Shown piece after piece: positions 33,540 to 46,500 of a stretch of DNA of 64,000 bases. Each line of letters begins with the position of its first letter. The stretch's first letter is position 1. The position numbers were made by a program, and so were the translations under genes. Source of the stretch: Escherichia coli (GTDB lineage Bacteria > Pseudomonadota > Gammaproteobacteria > Enterobacterales > Enterobacteriaceae); the NCBI RefSeq assembly GCF_051903065.1, contig NZ_CP178438.1; one strand, written 5' to 3'. The notes under the pieces are model-generated. The model was not told the origin of the DNA. It saw only the letters and a program-made list of their open reading frames with translations, and searched no databases.

Positions 33540-35816
33540 ATGCTCAATCAAGAACTGGAACTCAGTTTAAATATGGCTTTCGCCAGAGCGCGCGAGCACC
33601 GTCATGAGTTTATGACCGTCGAGCACTTGTTACTGGCGCTGCTCAGTAACCCATCTGCCCGGGAGGCGCTGGAAGCGTGTTCTGTGGATTTGGTTGCGCT
33701 CCGTCAGGAACTGGAAGCCTTTATTGAACAAACCACACCCGTTCTGCCTGCCAGTGAAGAGGAGCGCGACACACAGCCGACGCTGAGTTTTCAGCGTGTA
33801 CTGCAACGTGCGGTCTTCCATGTCCAGTCCTCCGGTCGCAATGAGGTTACCGGTGCAAACGTTCTGGTCGCTATCTTTAGCGAACAGGAGTCGCAGGCGG
33901 CATATCTGTTGCGTAAACATGAAGTCAGCCGTCTCGATGTGGTGAACTTTATCTCTCATGGCACGCGTAAAGACGAGCCGACACAGTCTTCTGATCCTGG
34001 CAGCCAGCCAAACAGCGAAGAACAAGCTGGTGGGGAGGAACGTATGGAGAATTTCACGACGAACCTGAATCAGCTTGCGCGCGTGGGCGGAATCGACCCA
34101 CTGATTGGTCGTGAGAAGGAGCTGGAGCGTGCTATTCAGGTTCTCTGCCGTCGCCGTAAAAACAACCCGCTGCTGGTGGGGGAATCTGGTGTCGGTAAAA
34201 CCGCGATTGCAGAAGGTCTTGCCTGGCGAATTGTTCAGGGCGATGTGCCGGAAGTGATGGCTGACTGTACGATTTACTCTCTCGATATCGGTTCTCTGTT
34301 AGCGGGCACAAAATATCGCGGCGACTTTGAAAAACGTTTTAAAGCGTTGCTCAAGCAGCTGGAGCAGGACACTAACAGCATCCTGTTTATTGATGAGATC
34401 CACACCATTATCGGTGCGGGTGCAGCGTCTGGTGGTCAGGTCGATGCGGCTAACCTAATCAAACCGTTGCTCTCTAGCGGTAAAATTCGCGTAATTGGTT
34501 CGACAACCTATCAGGAGTTCAGCAACATTTTCGAGAAAGACCGTGCTCTGGCGCGTCGCTTCCAGAAAATTGATATTACTGAACCGTCGATCGAAGAAAC
34601 TGTTCAAATCATCAATGGCCTGAAACCGAAGTATGAAGCGCACCACGACGTGCGTTATACCGCAAAAGCGGTGCGTGCGGCGGTAGAGCTGGCGGTGAAA
34701 TACATTAACGATCGTCATCTGCCGGATAAAGCCATTGATGTTATCGACGAAGCGGGCGCTCGCGCACGTCTGATGCCGGTAAGCAAACGCAAGAAAACCG
34801 TTAATGTGGCGGATATTGAGTCCGTGGTGGCCCGTATTGCACGCATTCCAGAGAAGAGTGTTTCTCAGAGTGACCGCGATACCCTGAAAAACCTCGGCGA
34901 TCGCCTGAAAATGCTGGTCTTCGGTCAGGATAAAGCCATTGAGGCGCTGACTGAAGCCATTAAGATGGCGCGTGCAGGTTTAGGTCACGAACATAAACCG
35001 GTTGGTTCGTTCCTGTTTGCCGGCCCTACCGGGGTCGGGAAAACAGAGGTGACGGTACAGCTTTCGAAAGCGTTGGGCATTGAGCTTCTGCGCTTTGATA
35101 TGTCCGAGTATATGGAACGCCATACCGTCAGCCGTCTGATTGGTGCGCCTCCGGGATACGTTGGTTTTGATCAGGGCGGTTTGCTGACCGATGCGGTAAT
35201 CAAGCATCCACATGCGGTGCTGCTGCTGGACGAAATCGAGAAAGCGCATCCGGACGTGTTCAATATTCTGTTGCAGGTGATGGACAACGGTACGCTGACC
35301 GATAACAACGGACGCAAAGCGGACTTCCGTAACGTGGTGCTGGTGATGACCACCAACGCCGGGGTACGGGAAACTGAGCGCAAATCCATTGGTCTTATCC
35401 ACCAGGATAACAGCACCGATGCGATGGAAGAGATCAAGAAGATCTTTACACCGGAATTCCGTAACCGTCTCGACAACATTATCTGGTTCGATCATCTGTC
35501 AACTGACGTGATCCATCAGGTGGTGGATAAATTCATCGTCGAGTTGCAGGTTCAGCTGGATCAGAAAGGTGTTTCTCTGGAAGTGAGCCAGGAAGCGCGT
35601 AACTGGCTGGCCGAGAAAGGTTACGACCGGGCAATGGGCGCACGTCCGATGGCGCGTGTCATCCAGGACAACCTGAAAAAACCGCTTGCCAACGAACTGC
35701 TGTTTGGTTCGCTGGTGGACGGCGGTCAGGTCACCGTCGCGCTGGATAAAGAGAAAAATGAGCTGACTTACGGATTCCAGAGTGCACAAAAGCACAAGGC
35801 GGAAGCAGCGCATTAA
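33540..35816 (+). CDS. clpA: ATP-dependent Clp protease ATP-binding subunit ClpA
   Basis: 758 aa from [10 protein letters not shown]; two AAA+ modules (GESGVGKT and GPTGVGKT Walker A). Confidence 0.95.
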   Translation: MLNQELELSLNMAFARAREHRHEFMTVEHLLLALLSNPSAREALEACSVDLVALRQELEAFIEQTTPVLPASEEERDTQPTLSFQRVLQRAVFHVQSSGRNEVTGANVLVAIFSEQESQAAYLLRKHEVSRLDVVNFISHGTRKDEPTQSSDPGSQPNSEEQAGGEERMENFTTNLNQLARVGGIDPLIGREKELERAIQVLCRRRKNNPLLVGESGVGKTAIAEGLAWRIVQGDVPEVMADCTIYSLDIGSLLAGTKYRGDFEKRFKALLKQLEQDTNSILFIDEIHTIIGAGAASGGQVDAANLIKPLLSSGKIRVIGSTTYQEFSNIFEKDRALARRFQKIDITEPSIEETVQIINGLKPKYEAHHDVRYTAKAVRAAVELAVKYINDRHLPDKAIDVIDEAGARARLMPVSKRKKTVNVADIESVVARIARIPEKSVSQSDRDTLKNLGDRLKMLVFGQDKAIEALTEAIKMARAGLGHEHKPVGSFLFAGPTGVGKTEVTVQLSKALGIELLRFDMSEYMERHTVSRLIGAPPGYVGFDQGGLLTDAVIKHPHAVLLLDEIEKAHPDVFNILLQVMDNGTLTDNNGRKADFRNVVLVMTTNAGVRETERKSIGLIHQDNSTDAMEEIKKIFTPEFRNRLDNIIWFDHLSTDVIHQVVDKFIVELQVQLDQKGVSLEVSQEARNWLAEKGYDRAMGARPMARVIQDNLKKPLANELLFGSLVDGGQVTVALDKEKNELTYGFQSAQKHKAEAAH

Positions 35817-35840
35817 TCTGATTGTTAAGTAGGTTGGTGA

Positions 35841-35876
35841 AGTCCGTAATCTCGAAAGAGGTTACGGACTTTTTAT
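35841..35876 (+). terminator. clpA rho-independent terminator
   Basis: Hairpin agtccgtaatctcgaaagaggttacggact followed by TTTTT. Confidence 0.6.
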
Positions 35877-36028
35877 TTATGGGGTGGAGGAGGTTCAGAC
35901 CCTTTTTTTGATGATGATGGTTAGTTGTTGATAATTAGTGCTGCTGGAAGGTAAGGATAAAAAAGGGTGCTGCAGGAGAATGGGATGGTTTTGCTTTATT
36001 AACAACGGGCTAAACGTGTAGTATTTGA

Positions 36029-36176
36029 ATTCACTGCCGTACAGGCAGCTTAGAAAGCTGTATTCGGCAAATGAAGTGGATGTTGATGGTTCACTGCCGT
36101 ACAGGCAGCTTAGAAATTCACAGGTAACATACTCCACCCGCCCACCATGTTCACTGCCGTACAGACAGATAAAATG
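36029..36176. CRISPR. Orphan type I-F CRISPR array: 3 repeats (28 bp, third degenerate) and 2 spacers (32 bp each); no adjacent cas genes
   Basis: Repeats (G/A)TTCACTGCCGTACAGGCAGCTTAGAAA at 36029-36056 and 36089-36116, degenerate copy at 36149-36176; spacers at 36057-36088 and 36117-36148. Confidence 0.88.
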
Positions 36177-36177
36177 C

Positions 36178-36215
36178 GAAAAAAAAAGCTCGCACTTTCG
36201 TACGAGCTCTTCTTT
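36178..36215 (-). terminator. serW rho-independent terminator
   Basis: Hairpin agctcg...cgagct followed by a T-run on the minus strand. Confidence 0.55.
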
Positions 36216-36219
36216 AAAT

Positions 36220-36307
36220 ATGGCGGTGAGGGGGGGATTCGAACCCCCGATACGTTGCCGTATACACACTTTCCAGGCGTGCTCCTTCAGCCACTCGGAC
36301 ACCTCAC
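36220..36307 (-). tRNA. serW: tRNA-Ser (anticodon GGA)
   Basis: Reverse complement reads GGTGAGGTGTCCGAGTGGCTGAAGGAGCACGCCTGGAAAGTG...GGTTCGAATCCCCCCCTCACCGCCA, with long variable arm and encoded CCA end. Confidence 0.93.
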
Positions 36308-36561
36308 CAAATTGTTTTGCTGCCAAACCTCATGGGTGGCAACGGGGCGCTACTATAGGGAGTTGGAGTAAAACGGTCAAGAAGAATTTTAATGATAATT
36401 ATTGTTTGCTCATACTGTAAACAACTTGTGCAGTATATCTACATCGAGACAAGTTATGGACTTATACTTCCAAAGTACTTCATACATATCACAAAATAAA
36501 AAGGCCGGTTAAACCGACCTTTTACTCGTTCTTTCTCTTCGCCCATCAGGCGGTAAAACAA

Positions 36562-36783
<222 letters not shown>

Positions 36784-37064
36784 ATCCTCTGGGGTATCAC
36801 TACCGTAATTTGAACCGGCAAGATAATGCCGAAGTTCTGTAAATAAGTAAAGATTTGCGCGCTAAATCGCAACAAACAGGTTCGGCACATTACTCCGAAA
36901 ACACACGGCTAAGCCGCACCAAAAGCGCAACGTATAAGGGAGCGGTGAGATAAACGATGGGCGTTACCTGACGCGAAAAATTCCTTATCGGCAGCGGGGT
37001 AATGAGCGTAACCAACTCTGCGACCGCAATTATAACACTCTGGGGAGAAATGTGCCGAAAACAT

Positions 37065-37769
37065 TCATTCTTGTGGTGAAAACAAGCACCGTGGTACCCA
37101 GAAATTATTCGGCAATCGTCCGAGGCGCATTTGATTGAGATAATTAAGGTAATCCCGGCGGGGAATTTCGCAGGCACCAAGCGATGCTGTGTGATCGTTA
37201 AGGACCTGGCAGTCGATAAGCTTACCGCCATGACCGATAAATTCCTCACAGAATACCAGAAGCGCCGTTTTAGACGCATTTTCCATCCGGCTGAACATGG
37301 ACTCGCCACAAAATAGCGTTCCCTGGGCCACGCCGTACATACCGCCGACAAGCACATCTTCACGCCAGACTTCAATGGAGTGGGCATGGCCGAGTTCGTG
37401 AAGGCGATGGTAGGCTTCGACCACGCCACGTGTGATCCAGGTTCCTTCTTCGCGATCGCTGGCACAGCCTTCAATGACCTGACCAAAAGCGTAATTCAGC
37501 GTGACACGATAGGGCGAGCGTTTATGAAATCGCTTCATACTACGGCTGATATGCAGTGATTCTGGCCATAGCACCGCGCGGGGATCGGGCGACCACCAGA
37601 GGATGGGGTCGCCTGGAGAAAACCACGGAAAAATACCACGCTGATAAGCCATGAGCAGCCGTGCAGGGCTAAGATCGCCTCCCAGCGCCAGCAGACCGTT
37701 AGGCTCACGTAATGCGCCTTCCGGGGAAGGGAAGGCTATTGAATGGCGAGAAAGTTGAACCAGGCGCAT
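37065..37769 (-). CDS. aat: Leucyl/phenylalanyl-tRNA-protein transferase
   Basis: 234-aa ORF; conserved position upstream of cydC. Confidence 0.9.
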   Translation of the reverse strand: MRLVQLSRHSIAFPSPEGALREPNGLLALGGDLSPARLLMAYQRGIFPWFSPGDPILWWSPDPRAVLWPESLHISRSMKRFHKRSPYRVTLNYAFGQVIEGCASDREEGTWITRGVVEAYHRLHELGHAHSIEVWREDVLVGGMYGVAQGTLFCGESMFSRMENASKTALLVFCEEFIGHGGKLIDCQVLNDHTASLGACEIPRRDYLNYLNQMRLGRLPNNFWVPRCLFSPQE

Positions 37770-37813
37770 GACTGCAAAACTCCACTACGCAAGTCGGATC
37801 GTTCAATAATAGC

Positions 37814-39535
37814 TTACAAACCCTGCTTGAACTGGTAATAACGCCCCTGTCTGGCAAGCAGTTCTGCATGAGTACCTTGTTCAATAATTTGCCCGTTGTC
37901 CATCACTATTATTTGCTGAAAATGTGAAAGCCCACGCAGCCGATGTGTAACCATTAATAGCGTTTTCTCACGCATCATTTCGGCCAGTAATTCGAGGATC
38001 TGACTTTCAGTCGTGGCATCTAAGCCTTCGGTTGGTTCATCCAGCAATACCAACGGCGCATCGTGCAATAGCGCACGGGCGATAGCCAGACGACGCAGTT
38101 CGCCGCCGGAAAGCTGACGTCCACCTTCTCCCAACCAACTGTTGAGCCCTGTGTCTTCGAGAAGTTTCTCCAGACCAACGCGACGGAGAATTTCAGCTAG
38201 AGTGTCATCTGTAGCGCCAGGTGCGGCGAGTAACAGATTATCACGCAGCGTGGCGCTAAACAGATGCACTCGCTGAGGAACAACGCTGATGGTCTGTCGT
38301 AGAGCCGCTTCATTCAGGCTGGCTATGGGGCTATCGTTAAGCAAAATCTCGCCCTGTTGCGGGTCCCATGCGCGGGTCAGCAGTTGTAACAGTGTTGATT
38401 TGCCGCATCCGGTTCGCCCGAGAATCGCTATATGTTCCCCGGCGTTTACCTGAAGAGAAATCCCTTTAAGTGCCTGTTGAGATTGCTCCGGATAAGTGAA
38501 CTGAACATCCCGTAACGTCAGCGAAACGCGATCGGCAACACGAGTTTGGGTATCAGGAAAGGTGACCTCCGGTTTTTGATCCGTTAAGTCAGAGATACGT
38601 ACGGCAGAGGCAATGACTTGCCCCAGATGCTGAAATGCACCTGTTACTGGTGCCAGTGCTTCAAACGCGGCTAACGCGCAGAAGACAAACAGGGCAATTA
38701 ACGCGCCGGGTTGAGCATTGCCGCCAACGCCGCCAGACGCCATCCACAGCATCAGGATCACCGCTAACGCGCCAATGAGCAGCATTATCGCTTGTGATAA
38801 AGCGGTCAGTTCAGATTGACGGCGTTGCGCTTCCAGCCATTGAATTTCTGTATTCTCTAGTTGCGTGCGATAACGATCGCTGGCACCAAAAATGGTCAGC
38901 TCAGCTTGCCCTTGCAGCCAGGCCGTCAGTTGTTGGCGATACTGCCCGCGAAGATGAGTCAGATTTTTCCCGGTACTTTTTCCCGCACGATAAAACAGCG
39001 GTGGCATCAGGAAAAGCGTCAGTAACATAATGCCGCCCAGCGTAAAGGCGAGGGTGAAATCAAGGAAACTTAACCCGATTGTCACCACCATAATCACCAC
39101 AAAAGCGCCCACCAGCGGCGAGATAACGCGCAGGTAAAGATGATCGAGCGTATCAACATCCGCCACCACGCGGTTGAGCAATTCGCCCTGACGATAGCGC
39201 GCCAGTCCGGCAGGGGAGAGGGGCAGCAATTTGCTGAAGGTGTAAATGCGCAGATGCTGCAACACGCGGAAAGTCGCGTCGTGACTTACCAGACGTTCAA
39301 AATAGCGCCCGGCAGTACGGGTGATTGCTGCGCCACGCACGCCCGCAGCGGGTAGCATATAGTTGAAGCTGTACAGTCCGGCAACCCCCGCAACCGCTGA
39401 GGCCGAGAGGAACCAGCCGGAAAGTGTCAACAGACCGATACTGGCGAGCAGCGTCACAATTGCCAGCACAATACCAAGACTTAACATCCATTTATGACGT
39501 TTATACAGTGCCAGATAGGGTAGCAAAGCGCGCAT
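37814..39535 (-). CDS. cydC: Cysteine/glutathione ABC exporter CydC
   Basis: 573 aa; N-terminal TM domain and C-terminal ABC ATPase (GRTGCGKST, LSGGELRR). Confidence 0.92.
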   Translation of the reverse strand: MRALLPYLALYKRHKWMLSLGIVLAIVTLLASIGLLTLSGWFLSASAVAGVAGLYSFNYMLPAAGVRGAAITRTAGRYFERLVSHDATFRVLQHLRIYTFSKLLPLSPAGLARYRQGELLNRVVADVDTLDHLYLRVISPLVGAFVVIMVVTIGLSFLDFTLAFTLGGIMLLTLFLMPPLFYRAGKSTGKNLTHLRGQYRQQLTAWLQGQAELTIFGASDRYRTQLENTEIQWLEAQRRQSELTALSQAIMLLIGALAVILMLWMASGGVGGNAQPGALIALFVFCALAAFEALAPVTGAFQHLGQVIASAVRISDLTDQKPEVTFPDTQTRVADRVSLTLRDVQFTYPEQSQQALKGISLQVNAGEHIAILGRTGCGKSTLLQLLTRAWDPQQGEILLNDSPIASLNEAALRQTISVVPQRVHLFSATLRDNLLLAAPGATDDTLAEILRRVGLEKLLEDTGLNSWLGEGGRQLSGGELRRLAIARALLHDAPLVLLDEPTEGLDATTESQILELLAEMMREKTLLMVTHRLRGLSHFQQIIVMDNGQIIEQGTHAELLARQGRYYQFKQGL

Positions 39536-41302
39536 TTAAATCTCCTCCTGACGATGGGCCAGTAATGTGGCGAATGGGCCACCAGCCACACTTAATTCCG
39601 CGTAACGTCCTTGCTCAATAATCCGGCCATCCTGCATAACCCAAATGACATCCCAGTCAGCAAGATCTTCTAACTGGTGGGTGACCATTAACGTTGTCTG
39701 GCGCAGAGAAGCGGCATTCAGCGCCTCCATTACGCGCTGTTCACTGTGAGCATCAAGGCTGGCAGCGGGTTCATCCAACAGTAATAGCGAACAGGGATTT
39801 AGTAACGCACGGGCCACCGCCACGCGCTGCGCCTGCCCCACGGAAAGACGGGCAGCCTGGTCGCCAACAGGCGTATCAACGCCTTGTGGCAGGAGCGGTA
39901 GAAACTCGCTGACCCAGGCGTTATCCAGCGCTGCTTGTAATTCTTGTTCGCTGGCATCAGGTCGCGCCAGTAGTACGTTATCCCGCAATGTTGCTGCCGG
40001 TAATTGTGGGTTTTGCCCAACCCAGGAGAGATGTTTACGCCATGATTCCGGTGATAAATCGCGTAATTCTATCCCGTTGATTCGTAATGATCCCTGATAT
40101 GAGAGAAAACCAGAAAGCGCGTTCAGCAGTGAGCTTTTACCTGAACCGCTGCGACCAACCAACACGGCACGTTGGCCTGCTGGCAAAGTAAAGTTCAGCG
40201 GTCCGGCCAGCGTTTTACCTTCCGGCGACGTGATAAACAGATCCTCGGCCTCAATGGTCAGCGGATCGGTTGATGCTAATTCCGTCTCACCGCGCTGCGG
40301 ATGGGCGAGCGGGGTTTCCATAAACGTTTTCAGACTGTCAGCTGCGCCAACAGCCTGGGCTTTAGCATGATAAAACGTACCGAGATCGCGTAATGGCTGG
40401 AAAAACTCTGGCGCAAGGATCAGGGCCAGAAAACCCGCAGCCAGCGTCACGCCAGTATCGTAGTGACCAAAATCCAGCTCGCCGAGATAGGAAAAACCAA
40501 AGTAGACCGCCACCAGAGCAATTGACAGCGAGGTAAAAAATTCGAGAATGCCGGAGGATAAAAACGCCAGTCGTAGCACCTCCATTGTCCGTTGGCGGAA
40601 ATCTTCCGAAGCAGAACGAATACTTTCAATTTCAGCTTCACCACGACCAAAAATACGCAATGTTTCCATGCCGCGCAGGCGATCGAGGAAATGCCCACTT
40701 AAGCGAGCAAGAGCGAGAAAGTTACGTCGGTTAGCATCAGCAGCCCCCATTCCAACCAGCGCCATAAACAACGGAATTAACGGTGCAGTGCCCAGCAGAA
40801 TGAGCGCCGCAGCCCAGTTAGAGGGGAAGATCGCCACCACAATTAGCAGCGGCACCGACACCGCCAGCGCCATTTGCGGCAGGTAGCGTGCATAGTAATC
40901 ATGCATATCGTCAATTTGCTCGAGTACCAGCGTCGCCCAGCTCCCCGCAGGTTTACCCTGAATCCACGCTGGCCCTGCTTGTTGCAGACGGTCGAGAACC
41001 TGACGGCGGATGGCAAAGCGGATATGCTGCCCGGCGTGATAACCCACCCGTTCGCGTAACCAGACCACCCATGCGCGCAGTACAAAGGTCAGAACCAGTA
41101 ACGTAAAGGGAAGCAGCAGGGCTTCACGGGGAATATTCTCCATAATCATATGTTGCAGAATTCGCGCCATGAACCAGGCCTGGGCAATGATCAATATGCC
41201 GCTCACAAAGCCCAGCAGACGAGAAATATTCAGCCAACGTTGGGAGATGACGCTTTGCTGTTTTAACCAGCGGGTTAACTCTTTTTGACGAGATTTATTC
41301 AT
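39536..41302 (-). CDS. cydD: Cysteine/glutathione ABC exporter CydD
   Basis: 588 aa; TM domain plus ABC ATPase (GRSGSGKSS); adjacent to cydC. Confidence 0.92.
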   Translation of the reverse strand: MNKSRQKELTRWLKQQSVISQRWLNISRLLGFVSGILIIAQAWFMARILQHMIMENIPREALLLPFTLLVLTFVLRAWVVWLRERVGYHAGQHIRFAIRRQVLDRLQQAGPAWIQGKPAGSWATLVLEQIDDMHDYYARYLPQMALAVSVPLLIVVAIFPSNWAAALILLGTAPLIPLFMALVGMGAADANRRNFLALARLSGHFLDRLRGMETLRIFGRGEAEIESIRSASEDFRQRTMEVLRLAFLSSGILEFFTSLSIALVAVYFGFSYLGELDFGHYDTGVTLAAGFLALILAPEFFQPLRDLGTFYHAKAQAVGAADSLKTFMETPLAHPQRGETELASTDPLTIEAEDLFITSPEGKTLAGPLNFTLPAGQRAVLVGRSGSGKSSLLNALSGFLSYQGSLRINGIELRDLSPESWRKHLSWVGQNPQLPAATLRDNVLLARPDASEQELQAALDNAWVSEFLPLLPQGVDTPVGDQAARLSVGQAQRVAVARALLNPCSLLLLDEPAASLDAHSEQRVMEALNAASLRQTTLMVTHQLEDLADWDVIWVMQDGRIIEQGRYAELSVAGGPFATLLAHRQEEI

Positions 41303-41367
41303 TGCACGCTTAGCAGGTGAGTTATCAGAATTATTTGCAGAGCAATGTTACAACGGGGAAAAAATAA

Positions 41368-41400
41368 AGGCGACCCATAGTCGCATGGTGTCGCCTTCTT
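41368..41400 (-). terminator. trxB rho-independent terminator
   Basis: Hairpin aaggcgac...gtcgcctt followed by a T-run on the minus strand. Confidence 0.5.
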
Positions 41401-41424
41401 TACTTTTGTTACTGATTTGTAAAA

Positions 41425-42507
<1,083 letters not shown>

Positions 42508-42934
42508 TCAAATTCTCCCGTCATTATCACCTCTGCTACTTAAATTTCCCGCTTTATAAGCCGATTAAATGATGAATAAACGCCCCTGTTAATGAATATC
42601 TGGCATGTTGTACTAAAAATCGATGTTTTGCTTTGACAATCCCCTGGTGTTTTGCGAAAACATTCGAGGAAGAAAAAAAACAGTATTCTTATATGCGCAT
42701 AACCATGCATGTAAATACCATGTTTACCGTGCTAGTGAAATCTACGTATGGCGTGGACAGACGCCATTCGTGATGTCGATAGCTGCCACAAGGCAACGGT
42801 CTTCTCACCGTAGACCCAGGCATTGCGCGCCGTGAATCTTCATGATTTCGGTCTATCGTGACGGGTAGCGACTCTGAACAGTGATGTTTCAGGGTCAGAC
42901 AGGAGTAGGGAAGGAATACAGAGAGACAATAATA

Positions 42935-43429
42935 ATGGTAGATAGCAAGAAGCGCCCTGGCAAAGATCTCGACCGTATCGATCGTAACATTCTTAATGAG
43001 TTGCAAAAGGATGGGCGTATTTCTAACGTCGAGCTTTCTAAACGTGTGGGACTTTCCCCAACGCCGTGCCTTGAGCGTGTGCGTCGGCTGGAAAGACAAG
43101 GGTTTATTCAGGGCTATACGGCGCTGCTTAACCCCCATTATCTGGATGCATCACTTCTGGTATTCGTTGAGATTACTCTGAATCGTGGCGCACCGGATGT
43201 GTTTGAACAATTCAATACCGCTGTACAAAAACTTGAAGAAATTCAGGAGTGTCATTTAGTATCTGGTGATTTCGACTACCTGTTGAAAACACGCGTGCCG
43301 GATATGTCAGCTTACCGTAAGTTGCTGGGGGAAACCCTGCTGCGTCTGCCTGGCGTCAATGACACACGGACATACGTTGTTATGGAAGAAGTCAAGCAGA
43401 GTAATCGTCTGGTTATTAAGACGCGCTAA
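42935..43429 (+). CDS. lrp: Leucine-responsive regulatory protein Lrp
   Basis: 164 aa from MVDSKKRPGKDLDRIDRNILNELQKDGRISNVELSKRVGLSPTPCLERV (AsnC-family HTH). Confidence 0.95.
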   Translation: MVDSKKRPGKDLDRIDRNILNELQKDGRISNVELSKRVGLSPTPCLERVRRLERQGFIQGYTALLNPHYLDASLLVFVEITLNRGAPDVFEQFNTAVQKLEEIQECHLVSGDFDYLLKTRVPDMSAYRKLLGETLLRLPGVNDTRTYVVMEEVKQSNRLVIKTR

Positions 43430-43563
43430 CACGGAACAGGTGCAAAATCGGCGTATTTTGATTACACTCCTGTTAATCCATACAGCAACAGTACTGGGGT
43501 AACCTGGTACTGTTGTCCGTTTTAGCATCGGGCAGGAAAAGCCTGTAACCTGGAGAGCCTTTC

Positions 43564-46500
43564 TTGAGCCAGGAATACACTGAAGACAAAGAAGTCACAT
43601 TGACAAAGTTAAGTAGCGGCCGCCGCCTTCTGGAGGCGTTGCTGATCCTTATTGTCCTGTTTGCCGTCTGGTTGATGGCTGCCTTACTAAGCTTTAACCC
43701 TTCGGACCCCAGCTGGTCGCAAACGGCCTGGCATGAACCTATCCATAATTTAGGTGGGATGCCCGGTGCGTGGTTGGCAGATACGCTGTTCTTTATTTTT
43801 GGCGTGATGGCTTACACCATTCCCGTCATTATTGTCGGCGGTTGTTGGTTTGCCTGGCGTCATCAGTCCAGCGACGAATACATTGATTATTTTGCCGTTT
43901 CGCTACGCATCATTGGCGTTTTGGCGCTCATCCTTACCTCCTGTGGTCTGGCGGCAATCAACGCTGACGATATCTGGTATTTTGCCTCCGGTGGCGTCAT
44001 TGGCAGCTTACTAAGTACTACGCTACAACCACTGCTACACAGTAGCGGGGGAACTATTGCGCTGCTCTGCGTTTGGGCTGCGGGCCTGACGCTGTTCACC
44101 GGTTGGTCATGGGTGACCATTGCTGAAAAACTCGGCGGCTGGATTTTAAACATTCTCACCTTCGCCAGTAATCGTACCCGTCGCGATGATACCTGGGTCG
44201 ATGAAGATGAATATGAAGATGACGAAGAGTATGAAGATGAAAACCACGGCAAACAGCATGAATCACGCCGTGCCCGTATTCTTCGCGGCGCGCTAGCGCG
44301 TCGTAAACGGTTGGCGGAAAAATTCATTAATCCGATGGGGCGGCAAACAGACGCTGCGTTGTTCTCCGGTAAGCGGATGGATGATGACGAAGAGATTACC
44401 TACACTGCACGCGGTGTGGCTGCCGACCCGGACGACGTCCTATTTTCGGGCAATCGTGCAACGCAGCCAGAATATGACGAATACGATCCATTATTAAACG
44501 GTGCGCCAATTACCGAACCTGTCGCTGTAGCAGCTGCTGCTACCACGGCGACACAAAGCTGGGCTGCGCCGGTTGAACCTGTGACTCAGACGCCGCCTGT
44601 TGCCTCTGTTGATGTTCCACCCTCGCAACCTACAGTAGCCTGGCAGCCTGTACCGGGTCCACAAACGGGAGAGCCGGTTATTGCTCCTGCACCGGAAGGT
44701 TACCCACAGCAGTCACAATATGCGCAGCCTGCAGTGCAATATAATGAGCCGCTGCAACAACCAGTACAGCCGCAGCAGCCGTATTATGCACCTGCAGCTG
44801 AACAACCTGCGCAACAACCTTACTACGCTCCTGCGGCGGAACAACCTGTTCAGCAACCGTATTACGCAACTGCGCCGGAACAGCCTGCACAACAGCCGTA
44901 TTATGCCCCTGTGCCAGAACAACCGGTGGCAGGTAACGCCTGGCAAGCCGAAGAGCAGCAATCCACTTTTGCTCCACAGTCTACATACCAGACTGAGCAA
45001 ACTTATCAGCAACCAGCCGCTCAGGAGCCGTTGTACCAACAGCCGCAACCTGTTGAACAGCAGCCTGTTGTGGAGCCTGAACCCGTTGTAGAAGAGACAA
45101 AACCCGCGCGTCCGCCGCTTTACTACTTTGAAGAAGTGGAAGAGAAGCGAGCCCGTGAACGTGAACAACTTGCGGCCTGGTATCAACCGATTCCAGAACC
45201 GGTTAAAGAACCAGAACCGATCAAATCTTCGCTGAAAGCACCTTCTGTTGCAGCAGTACCTCCAGTAGAAGCCGCTGCCGCTGTTTCTCCGCTGGCATCT
45301 GGCGTGAAAAAAGCGACACTGGCGACGGGGGCTGCCGCAACCGTTGCCGCGCCAGTCTTCAGTCTGGCAAATAGCGGTGGACCGCGTCCGCAGGTCAAAG
45401 AGGGGATTGGCCCGCAGTTGCCACGACCGAAACGTATCCGCGTGCCAACTCGTCGTGAATTGGCGTCTTACGGTATTAAGCTGCCCTCACAGCGTGCGGC
45501 GGAAGAAAAAGCCCGTGAAGCCCAGCGCAATCAGTACGATTCTGGCGATCAGTACAACGATGATGAAATCGATGCGATGCAGCAGGATGAACTGGCACGT
45601 CAGTTCGCCCAGACACAGCAGCAACGCTATGGCGAACAGTATCAACATGATGTGCCCGTAAACGCAGAAGATGCAGATGCTGCGGCAGAGGCTGAACTGG
45701 CTCGTCAGTTTGCGCAAACTCAACAACAACGTTATTCCGGCGAACAACCGGCTGGGGCGAATCCGTTCTCGCTGGATGATTTTGAATTTTCACCAATGAA
45801 AGCGTTGCTGGATGATGGTCCACACGAACCGCTGTTTACGCCAATTGTTGAACCTGTACAGCAGCCGCAACAACCGGTTGCGCCACAGCAGCAATATCAG
45901 CAGCCGCAACAGCCGGTTGCGCCGCAGCCGCAGTATCAGCAGCCACAACAGCAGGTTGCGCCGCAGCCACAATATCAGCAGCCGCAACAACCGGTTGCGC
46001 CACAGCAGCAATATCAGCAGCCGCAACAACCGGTTGCGCCGCAGCCGCAGTATCAACAGCCGCAACAACCGGTTGCACCGCAGCCGCAGTATCAGCAGCC
46101 ACAACAGCCAGTTGCGCCACAGCCGCAGGATACCCTGCTTCATCCGCTGTTGATGCGTAATGGCGACAGCCGTCCGTTGCATAAACCGACGACGCCGCTG
46201 CCTTCTCTGGATTTGCTGACACCGCCGCCGAGCGAAGTGGAGCCGGTAGATACCTTTGCGCTTGAACAAATGGCGCGTCTGGTGGAAGCACGTCTGGCTG
46301 ATTTCCGTATTAAAGCCGATGTCGTCAATTACTCTCCGGGGCCGGTTATCACTCGCTTTGAACTTAACCTGGCACCGGGCGTAAAAGCGGCGCGCATTTC
46401 TAACTTGTCACGGGACCTTGCCCGTTCACTTTCGACGGTGGCGGTGCGTGTCGTTGAAGTTATTCCTGGCAAACCCTATGTAGGTCTGGAGTTACCAAAT

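Noticed and set aside
35895-36420. ORFs of 143 aa (minus) and 131 aa (plus) spanning the clpA-infA gap
   Set aside because: They are read through the CRISPR repeats and the serW tRNA; the repeat-encoded peptide segments recur (SLPYRQLR), showing they are artefacts of the array.
35817-36561. Type I-F cas genes next to the CRISPR array
   Set aside because: Looked for them: clpA ends at 35816 and serW/infA follow within 400 bp, so no cas ORFs can fit; the array is orphan within this window.
44678-46328. Multiple 60-160-aa ORFs on both strands inside ftsK (for example 45790..46269 minus, 45812..46153 plus)
   Set aside because: Low-complexity translations of the in-frame tandem repeats of the FtsK linker; no independent start signals.
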